In this document: positions 25,577 through 38,158 of the stretch, piece by piece
How positions within the stretch are numbered: the stretch's first letter is position 1
Layout of the letters: each line of letters begins with the position of its first letter
From: Adineta vaga
Taxonomy: Eukaryota > Animalia > Rotifera
Assembly (NCBI GenBank): GCA_021613535.1
Contig: CP075494.1
Span: 3,596,001 to 3,660,000 of the forward strand
Length of the DNA: 64,000 bases
Direction of reading: 5' to 3'
Made by a program: the position numbers and the translations under genes
The notes under the pieces: model-generated
Database searches by the model: none
What the model saw: the letters and a program-made list of their open reading frames with translations, nothing else
What the model was told of the DNA's origin: nothing

Positions 25577-26557
25577 ATGAATAATCAAACATCTAATATA
25601 TCATTGATATTTGAAGAAACGTTATCTCGATTAAGTTTAAAACAACGTTTGATAACAATATCATTGTTAGGAATATTTGTTATTCCATCATTTATTTGTT
25701 TTCTTCTTATTTTTTATTATTTTATTCGATTACGAAAAACTTTACTTTTTGATCGTATAAATCATCATGTTATTTTATGTATTTTAATTAGTGATTTTTT
25801 AATCATTATCAGTGAGTTACCATTTACATTTCATTTTCTCTCATTGGGGTATTTTCAAACAAAAAATCTTTGTCAATTTTGGATATTTTGGAATTATACT
25901 TCTGAAGCAATTCCATTATTTTTAACAATGTATGCTTCAATTGAACGTTATCTCTTAATATTTCATAAACGTTTCATAATAAAACACAAAATTCTCTTCC
26001 ATTCTATTCCAATAACAATTGTTTGTTTGTACACAATTGGTATCAATGCATATCTGGTTCTATTCATTCCATGTAAAACAAATCATGAATATGATCTAAA
26101 TGTATTTGTTTGTGGAGGAGCATGTTATTTTAGTGATTTTCTTCCAAATATTTATGATACAATTGTTGATGTCATGTTACCACCTTTTATTATTTTATTT
26201 TTTAATTTATTAATAATAATTCGTGTTGCTATTCGTAAACAAAATGTTGCATCAACAATTTTAGTACCAAATATTTTGAAAAAAAATCGACGAATGATTT
26301 TACAATTATTAGCGATCAGTTTTTTAAGTTTAACAATTTGGATGCCTTGGGTTGTGATTATTTTAGGACAAGATTTTTATGATCCATTATTTGCTCAGCA
26401 TTTTATCGATATTATCATTCATTATTTACCATATTTTTCTAGTTTTGCATCACCATTTTTAGCATTAATTGGCCTTCCAGAGATTCAAGCTAAATTGAAG
26501 AAATTTAATAGAAAACAAGCAATTGCTTTGAATACAATTAGTCCAGCTAATGCATAA
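25577..26557 (+). CDS. Rhodopsin-like GPCR, intronless
   Basis: Seven hydrophobic segments, SIERY, and an extracellular Cys pair. Confidence 0.88.
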   Translation: MNNQTSNISLIFEETLSRLSLKQRLITISLLGIFVIPSFICFLLIFYYFIRLRKTLLFDRINHHVILCILISDFLIIISELPFTFHFLSLGYFQTKNLCQFWIFWNYTSEAIPLFLTMYASIERYLLIFHKRFIIKHKILFHSIPITIVCLYTIGINAYLVLFIPCKTNHEYDLNVFVCGGACYFSDFLPNIYDTIVDVMLPPFIILFFNLLIIIRVAIRKQNVASTILVPNILKKNRRMILQLLAISFLSLTIWMPWVVIILGQDFYDPLFAQHFIDIIIHYLPYFSSFASPFLALIGLPEIQAKLKKFNRKQAIALNTISPANA

Positions 26558-27171
26558 ATACGATCAATACGAATAGTGAAAGATGTCAGTGTATTCTAAC
26601 TTGTACTTTTATCGTTTATTTTTATTAATAGACATTGAAGTTGAAGTGTACATTGAAATATATTTGTAAACATTGAGTTGATCAAAATCGAAGTTCAGAA
26701 AAGAGGGAAGACTAATGATTGAGTAACTATACGTGACTTTCATGGCAAACAATTTCAGTCGTGTCAAACTTGAAAGTTGAATTCAAGTATTCAACTATTC
26801 AGTCATACAGTCAGTCAGATACTCCACTCAACTATTCATGTCTAATATGCTATCGTCGATACCGTCAAGTGATCCTTTCATGTAACTCTTTGCGGTACCC
26901 TAAATCTTATCGTGTGAGTAGCAGCGATGGCAAATACGAAACTAGAATTCAACCATAGAAAACTACAGATATTCAGTCTAGAACAATCAATTCTTCAAAA
27001 ATTCCTCAAATGGTCTTCCTATCATTCATCTCTATCTCAAAAGTCTTAATCGTTTGATTAAAAAAGACGAAAATATATTTGTCCATTATTTATTTTCATT
27101 CGTCTTGCAAAGAGGACTGTGTAAATACGATTGCAATGTGTACTCTGATTTGCGTTTCAAACTTCACCCTA

Positions 27172-27214
27172 TCTTGAGGGTGTTGAATAGATGTAGTGCC
27201 CACACCCACCCGCA
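27172..27214. repeat. Telomeric-hexamer palindrome copy
   Basis: tcttgagggtgt...cccacacccacccgca. Confidence 0.8.
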
Positions 27215-27390
27215 TGTTTATGACATTCTTGAGAACTAAAAATATCCATGATAATATTTTTCAATCGTTTGCGCCATCTATAATCGATGTTTAATATACG
27301 CATTGATAGATGAATTAGTCATTTTAAAATGACGCATTTCTTTTTCTCATCGGTAAACATTATTGTAATCACTCACGAAGAAAAAAAGCA

Positions 27391-28821
27391 ATGACTACTG
27401 GCAAAAAAATGATATTTATAACATCAAATGAAGATTTAGTTCAACAAATATCTTCAAAACAAATGAAAAATACACATATAATCGATTTGGATACTGGTGA
27501 ACAAATAATTTCATCTTTCTCTACAAATTCATCAAAGAAATCAATTAAAAGATCAAAAAAATCACTTAATTCAGTATGTGTTATCTGTGGCGATCATGCT
27601 ATTGGACATAATTATGATGTTCTTTCATGTGCTTCATGTAAAGCATTTTTTCATCGATATGCGCATGAAAAATTAGTTGAGTTGATCTAAATTTTATTTT
27701 TATTTTATATTAATCTTGATTATTTTAAGGACAAATTAAAATGTCTGACAGGTACAAATCAATGTATAATTGAATATCGAACGGATCGAAAATGTTTTCG
27801 ATGTCGATTAAACAAATGTTTTTCAATGGGTATGAGAAAAGATTTTATTCTTAATCAACAGCAGTTACAACAGAGAAGAAAACATCCAAAAACAGCTGAA
27901 TCTATATACAATCCTGCCCATAACGAAGATTCTATTTCACAAGAATTTGATGAAATTGACAGAGTAAGTTTTTCTTATTATCATTTCCTTATATATGTAA
28001 TGCAGATTGTCTTTTTATTCAAGTTATTATTAAATATAAATGAAGATGATATTAATAATGTTCTGAATGAAAATTTTGAAACGAATAATGTGGAAGATTT
28101 ATCTATTATTCATAATATTCAATCATTATTTTTATTATTTTTTGAAAATCAGTCTGAAAATATTCTTGATTCTATTGATCTATCTAATCACGTTTCGGCA
28201 ATTATATCTTGGGCACAGTTTGATTGTGAAATTGCTCTTCAAACCATCAGATATTTTCGTCAAATTAATGAATTTGAAAATTTACATACAGATGATCGTT
28301 TTCTTTTAATTAAATACAATCTATTTGCACTTATGCTTATTCGTAAATCCTTTAGATATCGACAAACAAATTTTCGTAGTCCGGATGAAATACACAAAGA
28401 GAAAGAAACAAAAGCACGATTTCTTACTCTTTGTAACACATCAAATGATTTAGAAGACAAAATGAATTCGTTAAATGATTCTATTATTCAATATGCTGAA
28501 CAGGATCCCATATTACTATCACTTATCTTAATTATCAGTTTATTCTCTCCAACATTATCAGTGAATCTTGATGAACCAATATTTAAAGATTCTTTATCCA
28601 TTTATCGAGCACAAGTTTTATATACAAAAGTTTTATGGAATTATCTGATTCAGAAACCAGATGAAACAACCGCATGTCAAAAATTTGTTCAGCTGACTAA
28701 AATTATCTTTCATGTTCAATTAACAAGTACAGCCGTTCGAAAATTTATGTGTGATCAAATAATAATCTCAAATAGTGTAGATAAAATTACAGCACTTATG
28801 CAAACTATTTTACATATTTGA
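27391..28821 (+). CDS. Nuclear hormone receptor (NR1J/HR96-like), 3 exons
   Basis: C4 fingers CVICGD...CASCKAFF and C...CFRCRLNKCFSMGM, joined across introns 27676-27729 and 27964-28023. LBD motif F..L..DDRFLLIKYN is present. Confidence 0.92.
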
Positions 28822-28899
28822 CAAATTTTTATTGTCTGATTTTAATAAAATATATAGGAATTTAGAAGGAAAAGTGAATAGATGGGTCGTTAAAATAAG

Positions 28900-29596
28900 T
28901 TTAATTTTTTAGAAGAGCTGAATTACCATATATAACATGAGCAAATTGTTCTGGATAATGATCTCCCAACATATATTTGCATTTTCACAAGCTTGTCGAA
29001 TTTGTGTAATATTCTCTTTCGTTAACTTTATATTTGCTGCATCTACGTTTTCTTCTAAATTTTTAATTTTTGTTTTCCCTGGGATAGCAATAAAATCTTC
29101 ACCTTGTGCAAGAACCCAAGCTAACGTTAATTGACCTGTTGTACAATTTTTCTTACTCGCAATTTCCTTCAAGTTTTCTATTAGTTGAAGATTTTTTGGA
29201 AAATTTTCTTTAGAAAATCTTGAAAACTTTCGACGAATATTATTTGCTTCAAAGTCTTCAAAACTTCTTATTTGTCCAGTTAACATTTCACGACCTAGTG
29301 GTGAATAACATACAATAGCAATACCGAGCTCTCGACAAGTTTTTAAAGCTCCAATGTCTTCTCGTTCAATATCTAAACTAAATGGTGAATATTCAATTCG
29401 AACAGCTGCGATTGAATGAACTTTATATGCACGTCGAATTGTATAACTTGAATATTCAGATAAACCAATGTATTTAATTTTACCTCTTTGAACAATTTCT
29501 TTTAAAACATTCATTGCTTCTTCAGTTAGAACTTTTGAATCAATTCTATGAACATAATAAAGATCGACATAATCAAGTTGAAGACATTTTAAGCTA
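28900..29596 (-). pseudogene. 5'-truncated, frameshifted aldo-keto reductase (AKR13/YakC-like)
   Basis: SLKCLQLDYVDLYYVHRID, YIGLSE, YSPLGR and IPG.TK..NLEEN are present. The N-terminal half is absent beyond the palindrome at 29597, and the expected tail (GDHYP...) is in another frame. Confidence 0.8.
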
Positions 29597-29654
29597 TAGA
29601 GGGTGTGGGTGGGTGGGTGGGTGGATGTGTCCCCTCTTCACCCACACCCTCAAG
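29597..29654. repeat. Telomeric-hexamer palindrome copy at the AKR truncation
   Basis: gagggtgtgggtgggtgggtgggtgg...cacccacaccctcaag. Confidence 0.92.
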
Positions 29655-30088
29655 TTTATGGAACTATAAATACATATCTTTCTGTGAGCAAAAATATCTT
29701 CTATTTACAATGGAGGTGTTTGTAATCTCCACGAGATAAAAGACGCACTTTCGGGTCAAACGAAAGCTCTCATCGTTAAAGTAATAAGATTAACATATAA
29801 GTTGCTGTTGGTTTGTTTAAAGTAAGATATTCGATTTTTATAGTACTCAAGATCTGAGTATATAGACACAAAAAATACATATTTTTATTAAAAAATAATT
29901 AGAAAGTGTACATGAATGACATCGCCCCTTTTCTCATTTTTTTTTCTTCGTTTACGTCATTTCTTGCTCAATTTGATTTGTATAATTTAATTTATTTTTA
30001 ATTATTCAATACTATATATACTCAAACATATTTCTTTTTTGAAGAATTCATCTATTTTGATTCTATATCGATAAATAATAAGAATATT

Positions 30089-30397
30089 ATGACAAAGAGT
30101 CATCTATTCCGTGGTCGTAACAGATCAACAAGTTCTCATTCATCGCGACGAGGTGGGCATGGACATAGTACAACAACAACAACAACAATTCCAAATTATC
30201 GTTCGTCGAATAATTATTATCGTAATAACAGACAGATGGTCGCTCCTGTTCAAAATCGACAACCTATTTCAAATCCGAATTATATTCGAAGAAATTATAA
30301 TCCTAATGCATTTTATAATAATCCTTATCAAACACCTCAATATATTTCTTATCCTCAACGTTTTTATCAACGAGGACAAAGATATAACATTCGTTAA
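30089..30397 (+). CDS. Low-complexity R/N/Y/Q-rich small protein
   Basis: ORF with biased composition and no recognisable domain; it may have an upstream exon. Confidence 0.4.
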   Translation: MTKSHLFRGRNRSTSSHSSRRGGHGHSTTTTTTIPNYRSSNNYYRNNRQMVAPVQNRQPISNPNYIRRNYNPNAFYNNPYQTPQYISYPQRFYQRGQRYNIR

Positions 30398-30555
30398 ATC
30401 AATGAATTAAATATCGATCTTCTTTGAACTTTATTCTTCGATAATTTAAATCTACTTTGTTTTTTTGTCAATCAAAAAACATTCATTTAATTATTTTATA
30501 CTAACACAAATTCGTTATTAACGAAACAGGAACTATAAGAACGAATAAATAATCA

Positions 30556-30599
30556 TCTTGAGGGTGGTTGTGGGTCAAGAGAAGACACCCACACCCTCA
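30556..30599. repeat. Telomeric-hexamer palindrome copy overlapping the NHL stop codon
   Basis: tcttgagggtggttgtgggt...cacccacaccctca. Confidence 0.92.
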
Positions 30600-33090
30600 T
30601 TTGAACCAATATTAAACTTTTGTACTCGATTATTCCGAGAATCGACGACATACAGATTACCTTGACGATCGAATGATAATCCTTTGGGACCATCCAGCAT
30701 ACTTGTTTCATTTCTGTCTTTGTTTCCACCAACGATAACAGAAACTTCTTGAGATTCGTTCGACCAACGCATTACTCTATTGTTGTTAAGGTCAGCCACG
30801 TAGACATTACCCAAATGATCGACAGTTACTCCCATAGGACCATTCAATTTGGTGAGTGTGTCTCCTTTACCTCGTCCACCAGCAACAACACTTCCATTTG
30901 TTGCGCCTTCCATCCATTTCATTACACGATGATTGTTATAATCCGATACATAAAGTGAATGATCTTTATCGACGAAGATATGTCTAGGAAAATCAAGTTG
31001 ATCAAAACGCTTTCCTGCTCTATTTCCACCTGCTACACGTGTTCCTACTGTCTCTCCTATTTTCCACCGTCTTACTTCATGCTTCTCTTTATCAGAAACA
31101 TACAAATCACCATTTGTATCCATTGCTAGACCATAACACCTTATCTTAGGAATGATTATTTCTCCATTTTTATCATTTTGACGAGACCATCGTACCACTC
31201 GTTTGTTATCATAATCACAAACGATAATTGAATCATTCTTTTTGTCAACAACTATGGCTGTTGGGTTATCCAATGGACCAATCCCATTACGTATTCCATT
31301 TCCACGTGTGACAAATTGATCGTTACTTGAATTGAATTTCCATTCAACAATACGATGATTGTAACGGTCAGTAATATAAATCATATGATGATCATCATCA
31401 ACATAGATACCTTCAGGCAAAGAGAGTTGATTTGATCGATTGCTTCGTGTTTTTCCTCCAATAATAGTGGTTCCATTTTGTTTCGATTTAGTGTTAATAA
31501 GAGTATTGAAATGTCCTAGAAAAGAAATTTAGATGAAATCTCTTTAGAAATGAGATGAAGAACTGTTTGGAGAAGAAAATGAAATTTGTCTATTTAGTTT
31601 TCTCTCGGATAGAAATAGGGGCGTCGGTGTAGATCTGTTTTAATCTCACACCCACATCCTAATCGTGCAGAGATTATACTGAAATGTTTACCTGTTGATA
31701 ATATAGGATTGACAGTACTATTATACTGTCCTAGAGGCGTTGTCGTGAGTCCATTAGGTTTCACTGTAAAGGTTCGGATATAATGAATAATAAAAAGCAC
31801 TATTAAACTTAAAGTCAAAAACAAAACTGATGGCAATAATCTGTTGATGTTGAAACATCTGCTTTGTTTGGTTTCTTTCATATTTTTTAATTGCTTGAAA
31901 TCATCATTAGGATCTTCACATTCTTCTAATTCGATTTCAATTGAAATCGGTGCTGTAGGATTATAGAGATCATTTCGCTTAATGTCTATTACTTTAAAAA
32001 CGGTAAATGGAAGAATTAAAACTTCTTTTTCTTCAGGTTTCGTTGATAAAGTGTTTATATCAATAGCTGTTGCATTTTGTTTTATTGAATATTGACAGAG
32101 ACACGAATATTGTAAGGCCCAATCACCTTTGGGAGTATATCTCATTTTCGATTGTTGTCCTTCGCCAGCAAACATTGCAGCTACGTGACGATCGCTAGAA
32201 GTTGATAAAAAGGAACGATTTAACATATGTTGGTTTACTTTATATTGATTTAAATCATACTGTGTTACTCGCATACCACGATAACATACACCTCGATACT
32301 CATATTGAGACAAATTTGGATGATAAATTATAAGTGTAACAATATGAGCAAGACAATTCACAAGACGATATGTTGGTAGAAAAATTTTCGATTCATCAAA
32401 ATAGTCTAGTATATACAAAGCCAAGTGTTTATTTAATATCTTGTGAAAACCATTTGTTAATGTATACGCTTTAATAAAATATGTTAGATAATCTTTCTCT
32501 TCTATAGCTCCTTTAAAATATGCTTCAAGAGTTTTAATTTGTTCAGGAGTAACTCGATCTTCCGGATTGCCAGTGCTATTACTAAGATTCAACAGATATT
32601 CATTTAAATAGTAATGAATAAATTCAGCAATTAATTTTGATATTAAATTATGATTGTCATAGGTTTTATACAAATTGATAACTTGACGAAATCTGCGTCT
32701 CTTACCGAGAAGATCGTCGTCTACTAGGGACCATTCAATATAATCGTAACTGTTGTTTGAAAATAATTCTTGTTGTTTGACAAATAACTGTTTTATATCA
32801 TCAGCATGAATCTCTTCATAAGGTGTTAAATTATGTCTTAAATTTCTTGTAGAACGTAGAGCACCATAGTCTAATAGAATCTGTACCATATCTCGATGAC
32901 CATAATAACATGCCACATGCAAACATGTTGAACCAGTTGAAGTTTGAATTCGATTGATAATATTTTTATTGTCAATAGATAGTAAAATATTCTGGACTTT
33001 TTCTATTTCATTTTCCTTACATAAATAGTATAATAAATGACTAATATTTTCTTCTTTAGCATCAGTATTTGATGAGAACGTTGATATCAT
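30575..33090 (-). CDS. Ankyrin - ADP-ribosyltransferase (R-S-E) - TM - NHL-repeat protein, 2 exons, about 779 aa
   Basis: Intron 31691-31516 joins the 498-aa and 281-aa ORFs in frame. Motifs: ANK (TCLHVACYYGH), ART (YRG, SFLSTS, EKEVL), one TM helix, about 6 NHL repeats. Confidence 0.85.
31616..31661. repeat. Telomeric-hexamer palindrome copy (intronic)
   Basis: taggggcgtcggtgt...acacccacatccta. Confidence 0.7.
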
Positions 33091-34511
33091 TATTATGAGA
33101 AAGAAGAATTTTTTCGATTATGTCGTCAGATAAATTCGTCTAGAAATTATGTCAAACATCATATTATTGATTGCTGAGAAAAGGAAATAAAAGTGGATTT
33201 GTATTACCTTCTATGAACACGCCTTAACATTCAACACTATACCCGAAGATACCTCTATTTTTTCCCCATTTTTGATTCTCGTTTTCTCTTTTATTTAATA
33301 GTTAACAAGGCAAATACGCGTTGCAAAATAAATTCCCGTACACACATTCCTAAGAAAGATAAGTGATTATGTAATAGCTATTTATTAAGGAAAGCAAACA
33401 ATAGAAAAACAAAACCGATCGTATTGGTGCACAACATGCTTTTCTTGCTAATAGAAAGTTTAATAATTTCATAGGATGTACAGTGAATATCAACTGTAAA
33501 TATCAAAACAAAATTCCAGAAATCTTCGACATTCGTGCAAGTTCTGATTTTTTTGAAACTTTTGATTGTTTTCAATAAAAATCCTAGAAAAATGGTTATA
33601 AGTGGGAGAGAAGAGCCATGAAAAAGTAGTTAAACATGTTAGTAGGTTCCCTCGTAAGCACAATTCTGAGATGATTTGAGATTTATTCCTTTAGTTTTGA
33701 ACACACATCAATTACGATTCCAATGCTTATGGACTCAAAAATTATTGACTTGAAAAAAAGAACGAATGATTTTGGCCAAAAGTGTGGAAAAAATTGATCC
33801 AAAAAAGGTACGACCAGTTCTTACTTTGATAAATTATGACCATTGTAATTTATAATGTATGGAATCTCATCTCTTTGTCTGTGTATTTTCAATTAGTTGA
33901 GTATCGACAATCTTCGATTACCCTCGTGTATATGAAAGAACTAAAGCGAATATTTTTGTATAAATGAAGTATGATAAAAATATACAGTAGAGAACACAAA
34001 GAAATTACAACTCAACAAATAATTAGTTTCTTACCGTAGACGTGTATGAAAATAATTCTAGATACTCTTTTGTATCTATATTTTCTTATGTGCGTTTACT
34101 GTCATCAGCATATACACTGTATCATATATTTCCTCTTTCCACGAAGCGTTAACATAATAAGTAACGCTCGTCCGTCTTTACGACTCGCTTGACTCTCGAA
34201 ACTTGCTGCTAGTCAAATACGTGTATAGAAAAAACTAGAATGAATGTTTCTTGACAAATGTTTTGTAGAATAGTTGAACATGTTAATTTTAAAATCTAAT
34301 ATACTCATGTAATGTATTATATAAATCTAGCTCAATCTAGAACCATAATTTCTTTCCTTCCATTATTATTCATCTAATAACTTTAAGATAATATATATAG
34401 CTAATAACAAAACAATACAATTACAATGTTTAACTCTTAATTATTATATTCATCTTATTCATAAACTTATAATTTCTTTTCAATTGTTTCATCTCTGTTC
34501 ATATGTTTAAA

Positions 34512-34557
34512 TGTGTGGGTATGTGTGTGGATGTCTTCTTTTTTACCCACACCCTTG
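34512..34557. repeat. Telomeric-hexamer palindrome copy
   Basis: tgtgtgggtatgtgtgtgg...acccacacccttga. Confidence 0.8.
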
Positions 34558-34593
34558 ATATATATTCTTTCAAATGAAATGAAATGAATTTAA

Positions 34594-36926
34594 TTATTGA
34601 AAACGATTGAAGAGTAATGTGTATTCAGTAAAAGCTGGTATTGTAATATTAAAATCACATATTGCATCATTACTATAAATAATAAAAGAATAAAAATAAA
34701 AATGATCAATAATACACATACATTAATGTTCCATCAGCTGATTTTATTTGAAGATAGGATACACGAATATCATTAGCGAATGGTCCACCCAAATTAAATA
34801 CTAAAATTTAAAAAAAAAAGATTATTTTTTTATGAAAATTTAATATTAAATATATGATCAACAAACAAGATTTTCCTTTATTGAAATAAACAATAGCATA
34901 ATCGATACTGTCATAATCAATATTAGAACTAAATACATGTCGAAGAATATCACCACCTTTCATATCCACATTCGATCTAATAATAAATAAATTTCTTTTA
35001 TTTTATATCAATTTTTTTTCTTACTTGTGAGTCATGCTCACATTTGTTAATAATTCATACTTTGAATAAAGTGAAACATGAATTTCTCCAATTGTCTTCA
35101 TCATATTTTCATCAAGTAAAAGTTCAATAAAATAATGATAACCTATTCATGTTTAAATGATTACACTGAAAATAATTTAATAGATATTTTTTTTTACCAC
35201 AAAATGGTGAATTACTCTTTGTAGATAGATACATATTACCACGATTGAGTGAATCTTTCGCATAAAAACCTTGTTTAACAAAGTAAGGAATGAAACAATT
35301 TCAGTGATTTACTATTTCTTACCCATTTGAGAACAACCTAATGTTCCACATGAAAGACATTTTCCTTTACGAAAACTATCCTAAGAAAAACAATATCATA
35401 GAAAATTAATATTTCTTAAATATTTTAATACAAAATCTTGGCACTGATACGCTGTATATGGACATTGAGAACTAGAATTGAAATTATTGAATATATTTTG
35501 TGTTTTCTATCATAAATAAATCTTTTAAGATTTACTTAATAGATTCAATAAAATATCCATGTGAACGACCTAAAAGAAAAAGAATAGATTTTTTATTAGT
35601 CTATACATTATTCTTACTTACTATGAGAACATGATGATTGTTCAAATCCGCCTGAAAAAAAGAATAATTGAATGAAATCATTGAAATAGTTGGTTTTACT
35701 TTCAGTTTGTCCAGGCATTAATCCACCCATAAGTCCTGCAACACTAGAAACAAATAAAATTACTTATAAAAATCTATTTTTATTCGAAAAAGATAAACAA
35801 TATTTACATTGAAGGACAACCTGGTTGTTGTTTACCACCATTGACATAAAAATCAATATGACCAGATGAATCTTTTGATCCCAGACCAATACCCAATGCA
35901 ATTTCTGTATTTGTATGAATTACATCAACAAATTTGGCATCTTTTTGATCAAGACGAACACTAGTAGGTTTGCCTTCAAAAAATGGTCCAGCTGGATCGA
36001 GACCTGATATACGACCTATTTGATTATTTATTCCATTTGATGCATATCCACATGTATGTGCACCAAGACTATGACCTTTAAAAAAAGGAAAATTAATTTA
36101 AGAAATAAGACAAAACTGATAATGATCATTTCATTAAATATACCGATGCAATGTACTTTATCATAAGATAATTGTTTTAATGTTTTCATTTTCTTTAAAA
36201 GTAATGATATTTGTTTTCCAACTAATCGAATGTTTGCTGCAGCTTTATTGTAAAATGGAAATTTTGCTCCATTTCCCCAGTCCACAACCAATACGGCAGA
36301 TGTTTCGTTCTAAATGATTTCAATCAAATTTCTAAGATATATAATATACATTAATAATGATTATTTTACATTCTTCAATTTAAGTAATTCTTCAGTTAAT
36401 CGTGGAATCCAAAAACTATGTCGATTATTTGTAAAACCATGAACAATAATTCTTAACCATTGTGAACTATTGAATTTTGAATCAATAATTGTTTTATCAT
36501 TTTTATCATATTCAAGTATTTCAGGATCTGTTGCTCGAGAAGAAGTAAATAGAAGAAAAGTCGTTTTAATTATTGATGCATTTTGTGGTACTTCTAAGCC
36601 AGCATTATCAAATGGAGGATCATTATCGAAACATCCAACAACTGGATAACATACTGATGTACCTGCTTCAGCAGGACTTGTTGACGATTCTTCCCAATTA
36701 TCCCATCCATTTTTTTTAAGAATATTTTTTGAAATAATTCCAAAATCAGTATCTACTACTGTATCAATTGCTAACATAGAATTCTTATGATTAGATAATG
36801 GGATAATTCGACCATTGATTGAAACAATAAACAAAATCAAGAAAATCATATGAATACCTTAATAGAAATATAAAAATTTAACTATATATGCAATCTTGAA
36901 AAGAAAACTATTGACATACTCATCAT
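34594..36926 (-). CDS. Pancreatic-lipase-related protein with PLAT-like tail, multi-exon
   Basis: Signal peptide, CY..VGCF, IVHGF, VVDW, G|HSLGAH, GLDPAGP, FVDVIHT, DFYVNGG.QPGC and CSH.RS, spread over many short exons. Confidence 0.9.
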
Positions 36927-38158
36927 TCAATATTAAATCGGAACAAGTTCCTCTAATTATTTACCAATAATAGAATCCATTGGAAAGAAAAACAATGATA
37001 AAAGGACAAAATTATATTTATAACTCGATTCCATTCATTTAATATAGAATATATTGGAGCATATGCTTTATTTCACATATAATTTATCAAAACTCCACCA
37101 TTCGATGAGTATTTTATCTAATCAATGTTCCCATCTGTTTTAATTCATACTATTCAAATGTATTTTGTTTTATTTAAATTAATTTTTCAAAAGATAATTT
37201 TAGATCATTTGACAATAAACATTTGAAATATATTTATCTTAGCGCAAACAAAACAATCCATGTTTTAATTAATAAATAACGCTCGTTGAAGGTGACTAGC
37301 TTCACCGTTGACTGAAGGATTAATAAAACGGAAGTTTTTTTTATGGGTACATTATATTTTTGATAATAACCACGTGTTTATTTTTCTTCATGATACTTTA
37401 TGGGTATTCTCTCTATACAAGGTCGTATTGTATATACTTCAATGTATTTTTCTTTATCTGATCGTAATTCTGAATATAGAATGTGAATGATAGTAATGAA
37501 AAAAAAATTTGCAACTCATAATATTGTTTTTTATTTTCTATTCTATCGCTTTCATATGATTTAGAAAGAATTCATTGTCGTAATTTATTATTTTTTTCTG
37601 CATTTGAATTATCAAGAAGTAGATATTATAATTAAGTGAGTTGAAGATATCGATTGTTTTGTCTGAACACGAGTATATATTCAAAAGTACTGATATTACT
37701 ATAAAAGTTTGTTCTTGTGATATTTCACTTCCTATGCATGCTCTGTTGAGCAAATCACACGTTTTTTTCATTCCTTTAGTCATTGACTAAGATAAAAAAT
37801 TAAACGTGTGACTCAAGTCGTTTTCTTCCGTCTATAGTGAATATAGATAACTAGATTTAATGGTAATATTTTCAGAGAGTAATTAAATATGTGCAATACT
37901 TGATCAAGATACTTCCTATATTATGTCTCTAACGTTTCTTTACAATATATTTTAGTGTTAGAATGGTGAGAGTATTCAATCTAGTATTTACACATCCACC
38001 ATCGTCAAGATTATATTCATTTCTTTTATTTATTATGAATACAAAGTGAATATATATTTTTGTTTTATCTTTTAGCGATAGTTTTGATCTTTCGTACAAT
38101 AAATTGAGATTAAACAAGTATCATATATTCTATTTATAATATAACTAAAATTAACCAG

